Positions 40,326 through 50,269 are shown, counted from the first letter of the stretch. The stretch: 64,000 nucleotides of DNA from Syntrophomonadaceae bacterium (GCA_018333865.1 JAGXSE010000065.1:48794-112793); one strand, 5' to 3'. Notes: generated by a model not told the origin, from the sequence alone. Made by a program: numbers and translations.

Positions 40326-41261
40326 ATGATGGATGATGCCGGTGTATTTGTATGCCAGGTATTGCCAGCGGAAGCTGGGGCGCGGTTAGATCTTTTCCTG
40401 GCGGAAAAATACCCTGATCTGTCCAGATCTCGCATCCAAGGGATTATTAGCGATAGATTGCTCACGGTGAACCAGAAAATAGAAAAGCCCAGTTATCGTA
40501 TCCGTTCTGGTGACAGAATTGAATTTAAGATGCCGGAACCTACTCCTTTGGAGGCTGAACCTGAACAGATACCTTTGGAAGTGCTGTATGAGGACCAGGA
40601 TCTGGTTGTGGTCAATAAACCTCAGGGGATGGTAGTCCACCCTGCTGAGGGTAATTACTCCGGCACCCTGGTAAATGCTTTGCTTTTTCACTGCCGGGAT
40701 CTCTCCGGCATCAATGGTCGTTTAAGGCCAGGAATTGTCCACCGCATTGATAAGGACACATCCGGGGTCCTCGTAGTGGCCAAGACAGATTTCGCCCATC
40801 AGGGGTTAGCAGAACAAATAAAGCGGCATTCGGTAGCCAGGATTTATACTGCTCTGGTCCGGGGTAATTTAGCCGATGAACGGGGGACTGTTGATGCCCC
40901 AATTGGCCGCCACCCAGTTGACAGAAAAAGAATGGCTGTTGTTCATGGCGGGCGAAGAGCTGTTACTCATTACCGAGTGCTGAAAAGATTTCGCGGTTAC
41001 GATCTGATCGAAGCCCGTTTGGAAACCGGCCGTACCCATCAAATTCGTGTTCACATGGCTTATATCGGCCACCCTCTGGTGGGTGACTTAAGGTATGGTC
41101 CAGCCGATAATAAGCTGGGCTTGCAAGGGCAGGCCCTTCATGCAACTACCCTCGGATTTGTCCATCCTCGCACTGGCGATTACATTGAATTTTCTGTTTC
41201 ATTACCAGGGAGGATGGAACTGGCATTGCGGCAGTTAGAGGAAAACAGTTTAAAAGAGTGA
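40326..41261 (+). CDS. rluD: RluA-family 23S rRNA pseudouridine synthase (RluD-like)
   Basis: S4-like N-terminus, catalytic HRIDKDTSGVLVVAK motif; ATG 40326 with GAGGTG RBS. Confidence 0.85.
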   Translation: MMDDAGVFVCQVLPAEAGARLDLFLAEKYPDLSRSRIQGIISDRLLTVNQKIEKPSYRIRSGDRIEFKMPEPTPLEAEPEQIPLEVLYEDQDLVVVNKPQGMVVHPAEGNYSGTLVNALLFHCRDLSGINGRLRPGIVHRIDKDTSGVLVVAKTDFAHQGLAEQIKRHSVARIYTALVRGNLADERGTVDAPIGRHPVDRKRMAVVHGGRRAVTHYRVLKRFRGYDLIEARLETGRTHQIRVHMAYIGHPLVGDLRYGPADNKLGLQGQALHATTLGFVHPRTGDYIEFSVSLPGRMELALRQLEENSLKE

Positions 41262-41271
41262 GGGATAGACA

Positions 41272-41517
41272 TTGGGAATAGAATTAGAAGACTGGGACCT
41301 GGTTCTTGTGGCTCCGAGCAGGCTTCAGGCGGAGTTTGTCCGGGCTTTCCTTGAATCGGCAGGATTTTTAGTTCGCCTTGAGGGGGAATCCCTGGGGGCT
41401 ATTTATGGTCTGCAGGTTGGTCCACTGGCTGAGGTTAAGGTTTTTGTTCCCAAGGATCAAGTTGTAGAGGCTAGAGAATTGCTAAATGAAGTTCCCCCGG
41501 AGCAGGAGGAACTCTGA
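41272..41517 (+). CDS. DUF2007-like small protein
   Basis: 81 aa; pattern typical of DUF2007 proteins. Confidence 0.5.
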   Translation: MGIELEDWDLVLVAPSRLQAEFVRAFLESAGFLVRLEGESLGAIYGLQVGPLAEVKVFVPKDQVVEARELLNEVPPEQEEL

Positions 41518-42197
41518 TGAGCTCCAAGGTAATTGCCTGTCCGGTTGATATTAAAGGAAGAACTGGCCTGGATATTTTGGTCCTAAACCCGGCCGCCTCT
41601 GTTGCAGATTATATTGCCGCTGTTGATGCGTTTATCCGCGAGGCTCAGATTGAGCGACCAAGAAGCCAGGGATCCCCTGACTGTTTTGGGTGTTATGCCT
41701 GCTGCCAGGAACGGATTCCCTTAACTTCCATTGATTATGCCCGGCTATATAGCCACTACCTGTTCAGATCAGAAGGCCGACACTGGCACCATTTTTTGGA
41801 CAAGATCAGTCTTATTTCAGTAGCGGGCAGACAGGTGGATATTACCATGAGACTTGAAGAGGACGGGATATGTTCTTTTTTGGAGCGGAATAAAGGGTTG
41901 TGTAGTATTTATCCCATCCGCCCTTTGGTCTGTCATTTGTATATTTGTGTTCCTCTGACAAAAAATGCCATGGATCTGAGGGAATTAGTTGTTAATTTGG
42001 GAGAGGACGATCTGGTAAGGTTATGGCTTGAAGAGGCCTCTCAAGTGGGGGAAGAACCAGCCTACCATGAAGGAGACCAACCTGATTTGCATATTGAAGA
42101 TTGGGCGGATAACCCTTTCAGCGGGAAGAAAGACTACCAGGATGTATTGCTGAAGGATCTTTGCCCTCCTGAATTGTGGTCACGATTATTATCTTAA
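41517..42197 (+). CDS. YkgJ family cysteine-cluster protein
   Basis: CFGCYACC motif (CxxCxxCC); start overlaps upstream stop. Confidence 0.6.
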   Translation: MSSKVIACPVDIKGRTGLDILVLNPAASVADYIAAVDAFIREAQIERPRSQGSPDCFGCYACCQERIPLTSIDYARLYSHYLFRSEGRHWHHFLDKISLISVAGRQVDITMRLEEDGICSFLERNKGLCSIYPIRPLVCHLYICVPLTKNAMDLRELVVNLGEDDLVRLWLEEASQVGEEPAYHEGDQPDLHIEDWADNPFSGKKDYQDVLLKDLCPPELWSRLLS

Positions 42198-42230
42198 TAA
42201 ATCCAGACATTATTTAATTGAGGGGTGTTG

Positions 42231-42953
42231 CCGATGCAAATTGGGGTAGGGGTGTCTGCCAGGCATATTCATTTATCACAGCAGGATCTGGATAGTATAT
42301 TTGGAGCTGGTTACCAGCTGCAGCCAGAACGGCCGTTATCATTCACTACGCAGTTTATTGCCCGGGAACGGTTGCTCCTGAGAGGACCTAAAGGTGAATT
42401 GCGAAATGTTGCTTTGATTGGTCCGCCAAGACCAGCTACCCAAATAGAAATAACGAAATCTGATGGTTATGCCTTGGGGATTATTCCTCCGGTTCGCTTA
42501 TCCGGTAATTTACAGGGTTCTCCAGGGGTTACTCTTGTTAGCACCGAACGGGAAATATCTATATCGGCGGGACTGATTATTGCCATGCGGCATATCCACA
42601 TGACGGAAGATGATGCCGGGGAGCTGGGATTTCAACACAGAGACTTTGCGATGGTGGTTGCAAAAGGAGACCGTTCTTTGGTCTTTGACTTTGTTGTGGT
42701 CAGGGTGGATCCAGCCAATACCCACACAGAATTTCATATTGATACCGATGAGGCTAATGCTTCTGATTTGAAAACCGGTGATATGGTGGATTTACTCCAT
42801 GTTAATGACAAGAAACTCAGGTTAGAGCAGCTTATTAATATGTTTGATGAAAGGCAGCTAAAAATCTTGGAACAATCGATTTCAGTAATTGTTCAGGATG
42901 AAAAAAGACGCCTCACCATGATGGAGGATATGTTAAAACTGCTGCAGAGGTAG
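42231..42953 (+). CDS. pduL: phosphate acyltransferase PduL family (paralog 2)
   Basis: GVSARHIHLSQ and AMRHIHMT repeats; extra ~45-aa C-terminal helical tail. Confidence 0.8.
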   Translation, partial: PMQIGVGVSARHIHLSQQDLDSIFGAGYQLQPERPLSFTTQFIARERLLLRGPKGELRNVALIGPPRPATQIEITKSDGYALGIIPPVRLSGNLQGSPGVTLVSTEREISISAGLIIAMRHIHMTEDDAGELGFQHRDFAMVVAKGDRSLVFDFVVVRVDPANTHTEFHIDTDEANASDLKTGDMVDLLHVNDKKLRLEQLINMFDERQLKILEQSISVIVQDEKRRLTMMEDMLKLLQR

Positions 42954-43094
42954 GGCCGGTTAGGTTTTCCGGCGGAGGAATTAGATCAGCTGAGAGCGGA
43001 AACGGCGGATTAATCCATTTTTGGTTTTGTTGGGATGACATTAAAACTAATCTGGAACTATGTTTTTGAGATGATAAACGGAAGGAGGAGACCG

Positions 43095-43628
43095 ATGGCG
43101 ATAGATTTATCCTGTAAAATCGCTGAGCCGACAAACCAGAAGCTGAAATACATTGCCATAGAGTGGCTGCAAGAGAGAGGGGTAAGCATTGAGGACATTG
43201 CCCGTTTGGTTTATGAGATCCAAAAATGCTATATTCCCGGCCTGAGCCTGGAAGATTGTTTTTGTAGTGTCGACAGGGTAATGGATAAGCGGGAAGTTCA
43301 GAATACAATTTTTACCGGCCTTTCCCTGGACGAGCTGGTGGAAAAAGGGCTTATCCGGGAACCACTTTTAGCCATGATCAGGAAAGATGACGGGCTGTAT
43401 GGAATTGATGAGATCCTGGCTTTAAGCATTGTAAATGTTTACGGTTCAATTGGGCTGACTAATTTTGGCTATTTGGACAAAGTAAAGCTAGGCAAAATTG
43501 CAGAGCTAAATACGCACCAAAACGGGGTTATAAACACCTTTTTAGACGATATTGTGGCCGCGCTCGCTGCGGCTGCTGCAGCAAGACTTGCCCACCAAAC
43601 CAGGGACCAATTGGAAAACTTGGCTTAA
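43095..43628 (+). CDS. PgpA-like phosphatidylglycerophosphatase A family protein
   Basis: C-terminal NTFLDDIVAALAAA resembles the PgpA DDIVAG motif; ATG 43095 with GGAAGGAGGAG RBS. Confidence 0.4.
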   Translation: MAIDLSCKIAEPTNQKLKYIAIEWLQERGVSIEDIARLVYEIQKCYIPGLSLEDCFCSVDRVMDKREVQNTIFTGLSLDELVEKGLIREPLLAMIRKDDGLYGIDEILALSIVNVYGSIGLTNFGYLDKVKLGKIAELNTHQNGVINTFLDDIVAALAAAAAARLAHQTRDQLENLA

Positions 43629-43653
43629 GTTATCTCGACAGGGGGCAGGCCTT

Positions 43654-44508
43654 GTGGGCAGAAAAAAAGAGAATAAACTGAATGATTTGAACGGGTCGCA
43701 ATGGCTGTATTGGACTGATAGCATTTACCTTACAAATATCCCCGTTGATGCTACCCATCCCTTGCGGAAAAAGCATGGGGCAATAAAGCCGCCGGAGGTA
43801 ATGGCTGAAGTAATAAAGTTTTTTACCAAAAAGGGAGAGATGGTCCTTGATCCTTTCGCTGGGGTAGGCGGGACATTGCTGGGTGCAGCCTTGGCCAGGC
43901 GACTTTCCTTTGGTTTTGAACTAAACCCCATCTGGGTAGAAGTATACAGGGAAATATGCCGGCGATTTGTAGTGCGGGGGGAGAAACTGGAACCCAGATC
44001 GTCATCCAGTACAGGTCTTGAACCCTGCGTGGAAATTGATGGAGTAATGGAACAGGGAGATTGTATAACGCTGATTAGCCGGTTACAGCCGTTATCAATT
44101 GACGCAGTAATTACAGACCCTCCCTATGGCTGCCAGCATGGGATTGCCGGTTTTAAAAACGAAACAAACTTCAACATGTTCAACGGAGACGAACCGCTAG
44201 ACTTTGCCAATGCCAGGAGCTTTGACGATTACCTGGTCATGATGTCCTTGCTGGGAAAAGAAGTATGGCGAGTCTTAAAAGATGGTCGCTATTTTGTTCT
44301 GATTATTGGCGATCGTTATCAAAAAGGGGAATATATCCCTCTTGCCGCTATGGTAGGACGGACAATGCAGGATATAGGGTTCAAGCTGAAGGGGATCAAG
44401 ATTTGGTGCAATAAGGCGACTCAGCGGCCGCTGAAGCCGTATGGCATCATGTCTGCTTTTGTTCCTAACATAAATCATCAAAACATTGTGATCTTGCGCA
44501 AACAGTAG
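43654..44508 (+). CDS. SAM-dependent DPPY-motif methyltransferase (N4/N6 DNA-methylase-like)
   Basis: HPLRKKHGAIKPPEVMAEVIKFF...VLDPFAGVGGT (motifs X/I) then ITDPPYG (motif IV); GTG 43654 just after the PgpA-like stop. Confidence 0.6.
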   Translation: MGRKKENKLNDLNGSQWLYWTDSIYLTNIPVDATHPLRKKHGAIKPPEVMAEVIKFFTKKGEMVLDPFAGVGGTLLGAALARRLSFGFELNPIWVEVYREICRRFVVRGEKLEPRSSSSTGLEPCVEIDGVMEQGDCITLISRLQPLSIDAVITDPPYGCQHGIAGFKNETNFNMFNGDEPLDFANARSFDDYLVMMSLLGKEVWRVLKDGRYFVLIIGDRYQKGEYIPLAAMVGRTMQDIGFKLKGIKIWCNKATQRPLKPYGIMSAFVPNINHQNIVILRKQ

Positions 44509-44527
44509 ATATAAAGGAGGGAATGGC

Positions 44528-45181
44528 ATGGAGATTAATCAGCTGGAGGAATTGATCAAAACCAGGCGGTCGATCCGAAAATGGCAGGATCAGGCGATTC
44601 CTGATGCTTTGCTGGAAAAGGCACTGGAGCTGGCCACATGGGCACCTAACGGCGGAAATCACCAGGCCTGGCATTTCTATGTGGTTAAAAGCCGGTCAGT
44701 CATCAACAGTATTGCAGAAGCGGTGGAGGCCAGGACAGAGCTGATGGCCGGTTGGCCCGAAGCCGGGCCTCATCATGACACTGTGGTCAGATGGAAAAAG
44801 ACATCAGGTTTTTTCCGGCATGCCCCAGTGCTCATCGCGGTGACTGTTGGACGATACCAGTCAATTACCGATGTCCTGGTCAGCGCCAGAAAAGATTTTG
44901 ATCATGTGGCTGCGGAAATTTATGCCAATCGACAATTCTGCTGCACCAAGATGCAGAATATAGCTGCAGCTATTACTAATATGCTCCTGGCATTCCACCA
45001 GCTGGGGCTGGGTGCCTGCTGGATGACCGGCCCGGCTCAGGCTAAGCAGGAGATCGAAAAGATACTGGGGATTCCGCAAGATTATGAATTTGCAGCATTA
45101 ATTCCTGTTGGATTTCCGAGAGAACAACCTGAACCGCTAAATCGGAAACCACTGTCCCAGGTTGTGACGGTAATTGGGTAA
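44528..45181 (+). CDS. nitroreductase family protein
   Basis: 217 aa; RRSIRKW start motif and nitroreductase-fold pattern. Confidence 0.8.
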   Translation: MEINQLEELIKTRRSIRKWQDQAIPDALLEKALELATWAPNGGNHQAWHFYVVKSRSVINSIAEAVEARTELMAGWPEAGPHHDTVVRWKKTSGFFRHAPVLIAVTVGRYQSITDVLVSARKDFDHVAAEIYANRQFCCTKMQNIAAAITNMLLAFHQLGLGACWMTGPAQAKQEIEKILGIPQDYEFAALIPVGFPREQPEPLNRKPLSQVVTVIG

Positions 45182-45203
45182 TATTCAATAAAAAATGGTA
45201 AAA

Positions 45204-45238
45204 AGCGGGGACCATGTCGCAAGGTCCCCGCTTTATCT
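45204..45238 (+). terminator. candidate terminator
   Basis: Stem GCGGGGACC/GGTCCCCGC with short loop, then TTTATCTT. Confidence 0.5.
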
Positions 45239-45325
45239 TCCAAAACCTTACAAAATTCCCGAAGGAAAACAGGAAGCATCTGTCAAATCATCGCCCCATG
45301 CATTTAGTATAGACAAAAGATTGGG

Positions 45326-47266
45326 GTGAAGATTTTGAAAAAGCAAAAAGTAATTCGGGTACGGGTTAATGGAAGTCTGGATGCTTTGACTGACATGCTA
45401 AAATACTATTTGTACCAGCAGCCTGGGCAAACAGCAGATAATCTTGTAGCCAGAGTCCTTGGGCGGTTAGTTACAAATCAAACTGCAGCAAAATTGGAGA
45501 AGCATGTCAGCCGGTGTCTGCATAAAAACCCAGCCTTTGAACAAACTTCCAATAACCGGTGGTTGTTGGATGCCAGGGGACAAAGGGGTAATGATCAGCT
45601 CTACCAGTGGCTGCAAACGGCGGGACAAGCTATGAATATAACGGAATTTAGACTCAAAGCTAAGGAGAGAGGAATTGACCCCGAACTGATTCAGGAAAAA
45701 GAACTGGTTACCGACAGCCGCTTTTTGCGCCTGAAAAATGGCAAATGGGCCTTGATCCACTGGGAAATCATCAGGCAGGCTTCTGCAAAGGAATTAGATA
45801 AAGCGATAGAGCAGATGCGCACTACCAGGCAGCCGATGGGTGTAGAAGAGATCGCCCGCAATATCTTAGGTCACGGTGCGGAAGGGACAGATCTTTTGGC
45901 ATGCCTGCAAAAAGATCCCAGGTTCGTATGGGTTGGTGGACATCATTGGTATTTAAGAGAAGCACTGCCAACCCCTGCAGATAGCGGTTCAGTTAGGGCC
46001 TTTGCCTTGGAACCATTCCGCAAGGCTGAAATCACGGCATTAGGTGAAGCAGAGCTGATGTTAATTTTGAACGATACCGATCCTAACTGCCGCGAATATA
46101 TCTTGTCTTCTGTAGATCTTGAGCGCGGCTCCTTAAGGATTACCAAACGGATGGACAGGTTATTTGCCGGGTTGCCGCCTGTAGCTTGGATTTCTTTCAA
46201 CACTCAGACTGGCCCTTTAGAGGCATGGTATCTCCGGATGGGCGGTTCAATACTGGGCTTTGCGCACTGGTTTCTGCAGAACGGCCTCGAGCCTGGCAGC
46301 AAGCTGCGATTAAAACGGGTAATGGGAGAAGAACGGGTATTTAACATAGAAATCACTGGAGAAAGAGAGGCCGAGGTATTTACTGAAGGGTCAAGGGTGC
46401 GTAAACTGGAGGATCTGTGGCGGAAGGCCCAAACAGAAAACTTTGCCTTGGAGCAATTGCTCTTAGAAGTCATGGAACTCTTCCCTGCCGGATTGCCGCA
46501 GGAAGAAGTTGCGCAGTTGATGGCAGCCTTTAAGACTGTTTCCCCGGAAGAGATCGGGCGGTTTATGGAAACAACACCATATTTTGAACGGACAAGTTCA
46601 GGAAATTGGCGCTTTAATCAGGCAATTTTTGAAACCTATCATAAGCTGACCAGAGAACTTTCTTTTATTAAGGATGAAATATCCCGCTCCCAGCAGGAGA
46701 TTGCCGCTACCCTGCAGGAGAACCAACAGCTGATTATGGAAAAAGAGGGCCTGTATGGTGAATTGATTTATCTTAAGAACCATCATCGGGATCAGGAATC
46801 TCAACTGCAGGAAAAAATACGCCGCTTAAAGGATCATCTGGAGGAATTGCAGCGGGAACATGCCAAGGCAAGGGCTGAACTGGAGAAACAGCTAAAACAG
46901 CGGGAAACACTGCAACAGGAACTGGAAAAGTCTAAGCAGCAGCTTCAGGTCCTCCGGGCGGATAGAGATAGCCTGAAGATAAAGACTGAGCAGCTTGAGT
47001 CAAGAATCTTGCAGCTTCAGGGCAATCTAAGCCGCTCCCGGGAAGAAATCGAGGAGCAGCATTTGCGGGTAAACCAGCGGTTAAAGGAACTGGAAGCAAA
47101 GCTCCATAACTCCGTCATATCTAACGATGACCTTGAGCGGACAGTGGTAAAGCTCCAGGAGGAGCGGCGCTTGTTAAAACGCCGGATGAACCATTGGCTG
47201 GTGCGCTGGGCCATCGCCCTCACCTCTGGGTGGCGGCAAAACGGCAATAACTTTTTGAAATCCTAA
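45326..47266 (+). CDS. hypothetical protein with tandem winged-helix (HARE-HTH-like) repeats and C-terminal coiled coil
   Basis: 646 aa; three to four repeats ending in RFLRLKNGKWALIHWE, RFVWVGGHHWYLRE, YFERTSSGNWRF; last ~200 aa heptad-rich. Confidence 0.5.
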   Translation: MKILKKQKVIRVRVNGSLDALTDMLKYYLYQQPGQTADNLVARVLGRLVTNQTAAKLEKHVSRCLHKNPAFEQTSNNRWLLDARGQRGNDQLYQWLQTAGQAMNITEFRLKAKERGIDPELIQEKELVTDSRFLRLKNGKWALIHWEIIRQASAKELDKAIEQMRTTRQPMGVEEIARNILGHGAEGTDLLACLQKDPRFVWVGGHHWYLREALPTPADSGSVRAFALEPFRKAEITALGEAELMLILNDTDPNCREYILSSVDLERGSLRITKRMDRLFAGLPPVAWISFNTQTGPLEAWYLRMGGSILGFAHWFLQNGLEPGSKLRLKRVMGEERVFNIEITGEREAEVFTEGSRVRKLEDLWRKAQTENFALEQLLLEVMELFPAGLPQEEVAQLMAAFKTVSPEEIGRFMETTPYFERTSSGNWRFNQAIFETYHKLTRELSFIKDEISRSQQEIAATLQENQQLIMEKEGLYGELIYLKNHHRDQESQLQEKIRRLKDHLEELQREHAKARAELEKQLKQRETLQQELEKSKQQLQVLRADRDSLKIKTEQLESRILQLQGNLSRSREEIEEQHLRVNQRLKELEAKLHNSVISNDDLERTVVKLQEERRLLKRRMNHWLVRWAIALTSGWRQNGNNFLKS

Positions 47267-47278
47267 CCGGGCTGAAAA

Positions 47279-49078
47279 TTAAAGTTCTCCGGTAAGGATA
47301 ATTCCTCCAAAACCCTGTACCCGGGGCAGTGCCAGCTGGTTGCCGGAAACCGGGTAGGAATAGCCCGTGCTGCAATCTGAAAAAACAATGTCCGGCGGTA
47401 CCTGAGGCAGGGTGATCACTAGACCGTGTAGTTCCTGGTGCTTATTTAAAACAACAATGGCAATCTCCTGTTCGTTGCGCCTCAGGTAGTAATATAGCCC
47501 CCTGTGATCATCAGCAAATAATGTTTCAAAAGTACCGGTTTTTAGAACCGGGTGCTTGTGCCGTATAGTGATGAGGGTTTTGTATAGTGAGAAGAGCTCT
47601 TGATCATGGCAGTCCTTTACCCAGCCCATGGTGCTGCGGCAGCCTGGGTCCGGGCCCCCGGTCATTCCTACCTCATCGCCATAATAAACCATTGGCGCTC
47701 CTAGATAAGTCATTTGAAATATCAGGGCAGGCCGCAGACGGTCCTTTGCAGTCTGATATGCTTCTTTTTCAGTCAGCCCATGGGGCAGATGGCTGATGAA
47801 CTCTGTGATAATTCTGGCTGTGTCGTGGCTTCCAAGCAAGTTTAGCAGGCAACCATGCACCTGCTCCGGGTAGCGCAGGCGAATCAGGCCCAAAAGATAG
47901 TCAAAGGTCTTGAGCCCAATTCTGTCTTTGGCAAAGCAATCGATGACAAGATCGCGGAAAAGGTAATTCATCACCCCGTCGAACTGGTCGCCCTGCAGCC
48001 AAGGCCTGCCATCCCGCCATATTTCGCCAACAATGTAGGTTTCCGGGTCAATCCCTTTTACCACCTGGCGAAACTCCTGCCAAAACTTGTGCTCCACTTC
48101 ATTAGGCACATCCAGGCGCCAGCCGTCCGCGCCTCTTTTTGTCCATAAGGCGGCAGTCTCTAATAAATATTTTCTCACTTCGGGGTTTTTTACATTTAAT
48201 TTGGGCAGGTCGGCAAAATCCCACCAACAGGCGTAGTTGGGCGGGTGTTTGCAGATGGGGCAATCGTAAATATAATACCAGTCTATATAGCGGGAGGCAT
48301 ATCCATGCTGCACAATATCCTCAAAGGCCCAGAACTCGTCACCGGTATGATTAAATACACAATCCAGAACCAATTTAATTTGATGCTGCCGAAAGATATC
48401 TACCAGATGATCAAAAGTAGCCAGATCCCCGAAATGAGGATCTACTTTCCTGAAATCCATGGTATCATACTTGTGATTAGAAACCGAGGCAAAAATAGGA
48501 TTTAACCAAACAGCATTAACACCGAGTTCAGCCAGGTAGCGGATTTTAGCAGCAATTCCTTGCAGGTCCCCGCCAAAGAAATTTGTTCTGGTTGGTATCC
48601 CGCCCCAGGGTTCAGTATTTGGCGGGTCGTTGCTGGGATCTCCGTTATAAAACCTTTCCGGAAATATCTGATAGAAGACAGCTGACTGAACCCAGTCCGG
48701 TACAACAAAAACCTGTTCAGGCTGCCAGGAGCCGCAAAACGGTTGCAGGTCCTCGGGGAAGTCAATTCCTGCCTCTACCCCGCTTGATCCAACCCAGTAA
48801 CTGAAACCATTACAAACAAGTTGAAAAAAATATTTCAGCTGAGGTTTGCTGGTTGTAACAAAGGTTTGATAATATACGGACTTGGGGGTATATGCAAAGG
48901 GATACATAATTTTGGGCTGCCAATCTTCCTCCAAGTACCAGACCTGGCAGGTTGCCTCGGATTTCGGTCTGACCCGCAATTTAAGGGATACCATATTTGG
49001 TTTAACCGGGTTAAAGTATCGTGTGACTTGGCGGTGGTAAAACCGGAAGGGTAACATACCGTTCTCTTTTCTGTTCAA
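47279..49078 (-). CDS. GH13 alpha-amylase family glycosidase (cyclomaltodextrinase/neopullulanase-like)
   Basis: 599 aa on the reverse strand with GH13 motifs WLNPIF, DGWRLDVPNEV, GEIW, LLGSHD. Confidence 0.85.
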   Translation of the reverse strand: MNRKENGMLPFRFYHRQVTRYFNPVKPNMVSLKLRVRPKSEATCQVWYLEEDWQPKIMYPFAYTPKSVYYQTFVTTSKPQLKYFFQLVCNGFSYWVGSSGVEAGIDFPEDLQPFCGSWQPEQVFVVPDWVQSAVFYQIFPERFYNGDPSNDPPNTEPWGGIPTRTNFFGGDLQGIAAKIRYLAELGVNAVWLNPIFASVSNHKYDTMDFRKVDPHFGDLATFDHLVDIFRQHQIKLVLDCVFNHTGDEFWAFEDIVQHGYASRYIDWYYIYDCPICKHPPNYACWWDFADLPKLNVKNPEVRKYLLETAALWTKRGADGWRLDVPNEVEHKFWQEFRQVVKGIDPETYIVGEIWRDGRPWLQGDQFDGVMNYLFRDLVIDCFAKDRIGLKTFDYLLGLIRLRYPEQVHGCLLNLLGSHDTARIITEFISHLPHGLTEKEAYQTAKDRLRPALIFQMTYLGAPMVYYGDEVGMTGGPDPGCRSTMGWVKDCHDQELFSLYKTLITIRHKHPVLKTGTFETLFADDHRGLYYYLRRNEQEIAIVVLNKHQELHGLVITLPQVPPDIVFSDCSTGYSYPVSGNQLALPRVQGFGGIILTGEL

Positions 49079-49201
49079 CCTTAGCTCACTCCATTCAACT
49101 TTAGATCAGGGAGGGTTTTGTTTTAAGCCTTATTTATGGTATTATTTGATAGACAGGTAAAAAATATGTTCTTCCAGGATAAGTGATGAGGGATGAATTG
49201 G

Positions 49202-50269
49202 ATGGTTAAGGTACGGGCCAGAATACTCAAAACAGGGATTGCTATAGCTTTAGCGCTAACTTTCGCCTCATGGATGGAGCTAAAGCCTGGTACTCTGGCA
49301 GCTGTTGCTGCTGTAATTGCCATGCAGCCCTCGATCGGCAAATCATATGATAACACCAAGATCCAACTGGTGGCCAATATTTTTGGCGCGGCAGTAGGAA
49401 TGGTCTTTGCCCTTTATATCGGGTATCATCCTGTGCTAATTGGTATCGCCGCCGTTTTAGTGATGACAGTTGTGATCAGGTTGGGGTTTGCTGATGCGGT
49501 AATCATGGCAGCCATTACCGTAATTGCGATCATGGACAACCCGGATCCTAATATGCTTCAATTTGCACTAAACAGGCTGGCCTTAGTAACATTGGGGTTA
49601 GCGACAGCTTTCGCCGTTAATATAGTAATCATGCCGCCTGATTATAGATCCCGATTGTTGGAGGAAATCGACCATGCCCGCAAAAAACTGGAGGGACTGA
49701 TGGAGGCTGTCAATGCTGAGGCTGCCGGTTCTAACCTTGATAATAAGTACCTTGTTAAACAAATGGCTGACAATATAAGATCAGAAATCAATAAGTGCCG
49801 GGAATTATCTAGCCTGGCAACAGAAAACAGGCTGCCTTTTTTGCAGCCTGGAAAACAGCTGGAAGATGCTGACCGCTGGATCAATGCCATGTATACCAAC
49901 CTGGAGCGACTGTTAGAAGTCCACCACAGCGGGGTTCTGATCGCTGCCGAAGATAAAATGGCGGAACAAAGACAGGAACTGGCAGAACTTGGCCGGCTTG
50001 CCCTGGAAATCCACCGCCAAGTATACAACCATCTGATTTTTGACCAGGATCTGGATTCTAATCTAGCAAACGAATATAGCATAAAACAAATGCAAATCAA
50101 AAGGAGTATTATGCAGGTCTACCGCACTAAAGATATGTTTGAATACCACAATATTCTAATGGAGTATAACCGGCTGGTGCGAAAAACCTGCAAATTGACC
50201 CCAGTCTTAGCCCTAGAACTCGATAATTTGAGTGTTGCGCCGGTCCAACAGGAGCCGGCTTCCCTTTAA
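49202..50269 (+). CDS. FUSC / aromatic-acid-exporter family membrane protein
   Basis: N-terminal multi-TM domain then long helical cytoplasmic domain, as in YgaE-type FUSC proteins. Confidence 0.7.
   Translation: MVKVRARILKTGIAIALALTFASWMELKPGTLAAVAAVIAMQPSIGKSYDNTKIQLVANIFGAAVGMVFALYIGYHPVLIGIAAVLVMTVVIRLGFADAVIMAAITVIAIMDNPDPNMLQFALNRLALVTLGLATAFAVNIVIMPPDYRSRLLEEIDHARKKLEGLMEAVNAEAAGSNLDNKYLVKQMADNIRSEINKCRELSSLATENRLPFLQPGKQLEDADRWINAMYTNLERLLEVHHSGVLIAAEDKMAEQRQELAELGRLALEIHRQVYNHLIFDQDLDSNLANEYSIKQMQIKRSIMQVYRTKDMFEYHNILMEYNRLVRKTCKLTPVLALELDNLSVAPVQQEPASL

Noticed and set aside
47587-49054. Several short plus-strand ORFs inside the GH13 gene region
   Set aside because: All lie antisense to the long minus-strand GH13 CDS, which has clear catalytic motifs.
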